The position numbers and the translations under genes were made by a program. A DNA stretch of 16,958 nucleotides. Origin: Planctomycetota bacterium. Lineage in GTDB: Bacteria; Planctomycetota; UBA1135. Under the pieces are notes generated by a model. The model saw only the letters and a list, made by a program, of their open reading frames with translations, searched no databases and was not told where the DNA came from. The stretch spans positions 1-16,958 of the forward strand of contig JASFYO010000063.1 in NCBI GenBank assembly GCA_045047305.1, given 5' to 3'. Below are positions 16,203 through 16,958 of this stretch, piece by piece (position 1 is the first letter of the stretch; the number at the start of each line of letters is the position of its first letter).

Positions 16203-16958
16203 ACGCAAGGCGTCGGCCACCACCACCCAACCAAGTGATCCTTGGTTGCTTAGGCCAATGGTCGTGTTAGCACCCAGCGGCAGAAACACGGTGCCGAGCA
16301 AGTTCCATTGGCCACCTGATTGTTGCTGATTGACACGAGCAGTCAAGAGTTGACCATTCAGTAACAAACCAACTTCTGTCGACGGATTGCGGTTGCCCCC
16401 GGCGGGCCACCACAGTGATATTTCATAGCGTCCGGCCTGGGTAATGTTTGGATTCCACAAGGCTCTTGCTGTGGCAACACCGGTACTCGCCCAGCGATAG
16501 TCTGGACCATATTTATCGCTCGAACTAGTGCCCACAGACCACCCGCCAGAAAAACTTGCGAGCGCATTATCCATAATGATTTCCGCGCTACCACCTTGTA
16601 TCACTTGCTCCACTTGCAGACGCAACTGCGGCAATTCCGCATAGGCTAGGTCGCCCGGGCAAGCGGTGGAGGAAACATCGCGGTGGCCGAAAAGGTTGGA
16701 TTGGTTGGCGCCAAAACCGGCATACCAAGAGGTGCCAAGAGGATCGATATTTTGCTGATCACATTTCCAGGCAGCAAGGTTTACGAAGGCATCTTGCATC
16801 GCAAGGTTCAGGGTCTGGTTGTAGGGCGGGTGAAAGTAGCCCATCATGGCTACCCCCATCGAACCACAATTGAAGCCATCGTGTGCACCGCGGACGTCGT
16901 CGCCCCCGCCGCGGCCTTCAAAAATATCGCCGTGCGGACAAATCAAATAGTTGTAGCC
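16188..16958 (-). CDS. N-acetylmuramoyl-L-alanine amidase (PGRP/Amidase_2-like) with C-terminal golvesin/Xly-type CBM-like domain; 5'-partial
   Basis: Frame is open to the window edge: GYNYLI..GDIFEGRG...GAH..FN.GS.G...GHRDVSSTACPG. C-terminal YGPDY...A.W.P....GRYEI..WW..G.NR...VNQQ..GGQW..LG...VVADALRL. Overlaps the convergent gene by 15 nt. Confidence 0.88.
   Translation of the reverse strand, partial: GYNYLICPHGDIFEGRGGGDDVRGAHDGFNCGSMGVAMMGYFHPPYNQTLNLAMQDAFVNLAAWKCDQQNIDPLGTSWYAGFGANQSNLFGHRDVSSTACPGDLAYAELPQLRLQVEQVIQGGSAEIIMDNALASFSGGWSVGTSSSDKYGPDYRWASTGVATARALWNPNITQAGRYEISLWWPAGGNRNPSTEVGLLLNGQLLTARVNQQQSGGQWNLLGTVFLPLGANTTIGLSNQGSLGWVVVADALRLVRQ

Noticed and set aside
1..16958. 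Genome-wide UGA reassignment (Trp or Gly; codes 4/25) as the explanation for the in-frame TGAs
   Set aside because: The other long genes contain no internal TGA, Trp is encoded by TGG, and TGA is a real stop in the TTGA (6590) and ATGA (15720) overlaps.

Overview
Bacterial genomic window with no mobile element, CRISPR, rRNA or tRNA recognised. The gene content and many SD-less starts suggest a Planctomycetota-like organism (inference). The left third holds two tandem minus-strand paralogues of a lipoprotein-anchored FG-GAP/CRTAC1-type beta-propeller + ASPIC/UnbV protein. Each is interrupted by an in-frame TGA at the same homologous position (D-V-D-[L/V]-TGA-S-S-F-W-R-[T/S]-V-V), followed by a SECIS-like hairpin. 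In both, six of seven Ca-binding propeller repeats precede the TGA and the seventh follows it. The upstream copy also ends in a CxxC thioredoxin-like domain. The best reading is a pair of exported candidate selenoproteins that the ORF track splits. The downstream copy's signal peptide has no ATG/GTG/TTG start (ACG or ATT behind GGGAGG). The remaining genes are a DUF523/TudS-like protein coupled to a ferredoxin-NADP reductase, apaG, a Trx-like/HEAT-repeat exported protein, a 760-aa lipoprotein whose upstream region is bracketed by a 12-bp inverted repeat, an Rrf2 regulator, a membrane-anchored hypothetical, an M1 aminopeptidase + DUF6702-like pair and a partial PGRP-like amidase. There is also a structured intergenic region (sRNA or attenuator candidate).
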